Part shown: positions 63,690 through 64,000 of the stretch, piece by piece
Layout of the letters: each line of letters begins with the position of its first letter
How positions within the stretch are numbered: position 1 is the first letter of the stretch
Source: Aplysia californica
Lineage: Eukaryota
Length of the DNA: 64,000 nt
Reading direction: 5' to 3'
Assembly (NCBI RefSeq): GCF_000002075.1
Contig: NW_004797499.1
Span: 783,891-847,890 of the forward strand
The notes under the pieces: generated by a model
Database searches by the model: none
What the model was told of the DNA's origin: nothing
What the model saw: the letters and a program-made list of their open reading frames with translations, nothing else
Program-made: the position numbers and the translations under genes

Positions 63690-64000
63690 CAGCTGTGCTT
63701 TGTCGCTGTATAGAGTGTTTCCGATGTCTGGGGGGCAGGTAGGTAGGTGCTACGCAGGTCACAAAGTGCTGGGCAGTTAAAGAGATGGTGTGGTACTGTT
63801 TCATCCTGGCAGTCGCACAACGGGCAGTCGGGTGGGGTATCCTTGCGGATCCTATTAAGGTAGGAATTTAGTGGTATGTGTTGTGTTCACAGGCGAAATA
63901 TTGTGACTTGTTCTCTTCTACTCAGGGAATTTATTGCATCTTTAGAGTTGGGGGCTGTCATGTGTGCAAATACAGTTCTTCCAGTTTTGCCCATTGCCCA
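63690..64000 (-). mobile_element. 3' end of an I-group-like LINE, running off the window
   Basis: EQVTIFRL*TQHIPLNSYLNRI...CPLCDCQDETVPHHLFNCP on the minus strand. Confidence 0.75.

Overview
This is eukaryotic, gap-rich, repeat-rich animal DNA. The SINE domains, an AA15 LPMO and the Beclin sequence suggest a mollusc, probably a gastropod (inference only). Five host genes can be built by hand from splice signals. (1) An SLC22-family transporter with an intronless CDS (4015-5715, -). (2) A two-exon, 146-aa single-pass membrane protein with KCNE/MiRP-like architecture (21176-20973 + 13882-13646, -), which the ORF track splits into two unrelated ORFs. (3) Beclin-1/ATG6 (16 coding exons, 27063-39633, +, 443 aa). 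(4) A secreted AA15-type lytic polysaccharide monooxygenase with a long P/T linker and a 6-Cys tail (48856-43882, -; exon 2 probably in a gap). (5) Sec61-beta (61574-59098, -; ATG exon not found). The most striking element is a decayed Ty3/Gypsy retrotransposon (14403-20054, -) inside the intron of gene 2. It has no tRNA primer-binding site. Its PBS is instead perfectly complementary to the predicted first 13-14 nt of its own transcript (TATA-like box at -31, Inr-like motif at +1), which is a self-priming design, and its LTR ends are non-canonical. Also present: minimal hammerhead ribozyme motifs tied to (ATC)n tracts, a 6x23-bp E-box array in the SLC22 5' UTR, decayed tandem copies of the LPMO exon-2 acceptor, a Beclin BH3 motif lacking its two signature residues, nested MITEs, and many SINE and LINE fragments. 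All calls come from manual reading; no searches were run.
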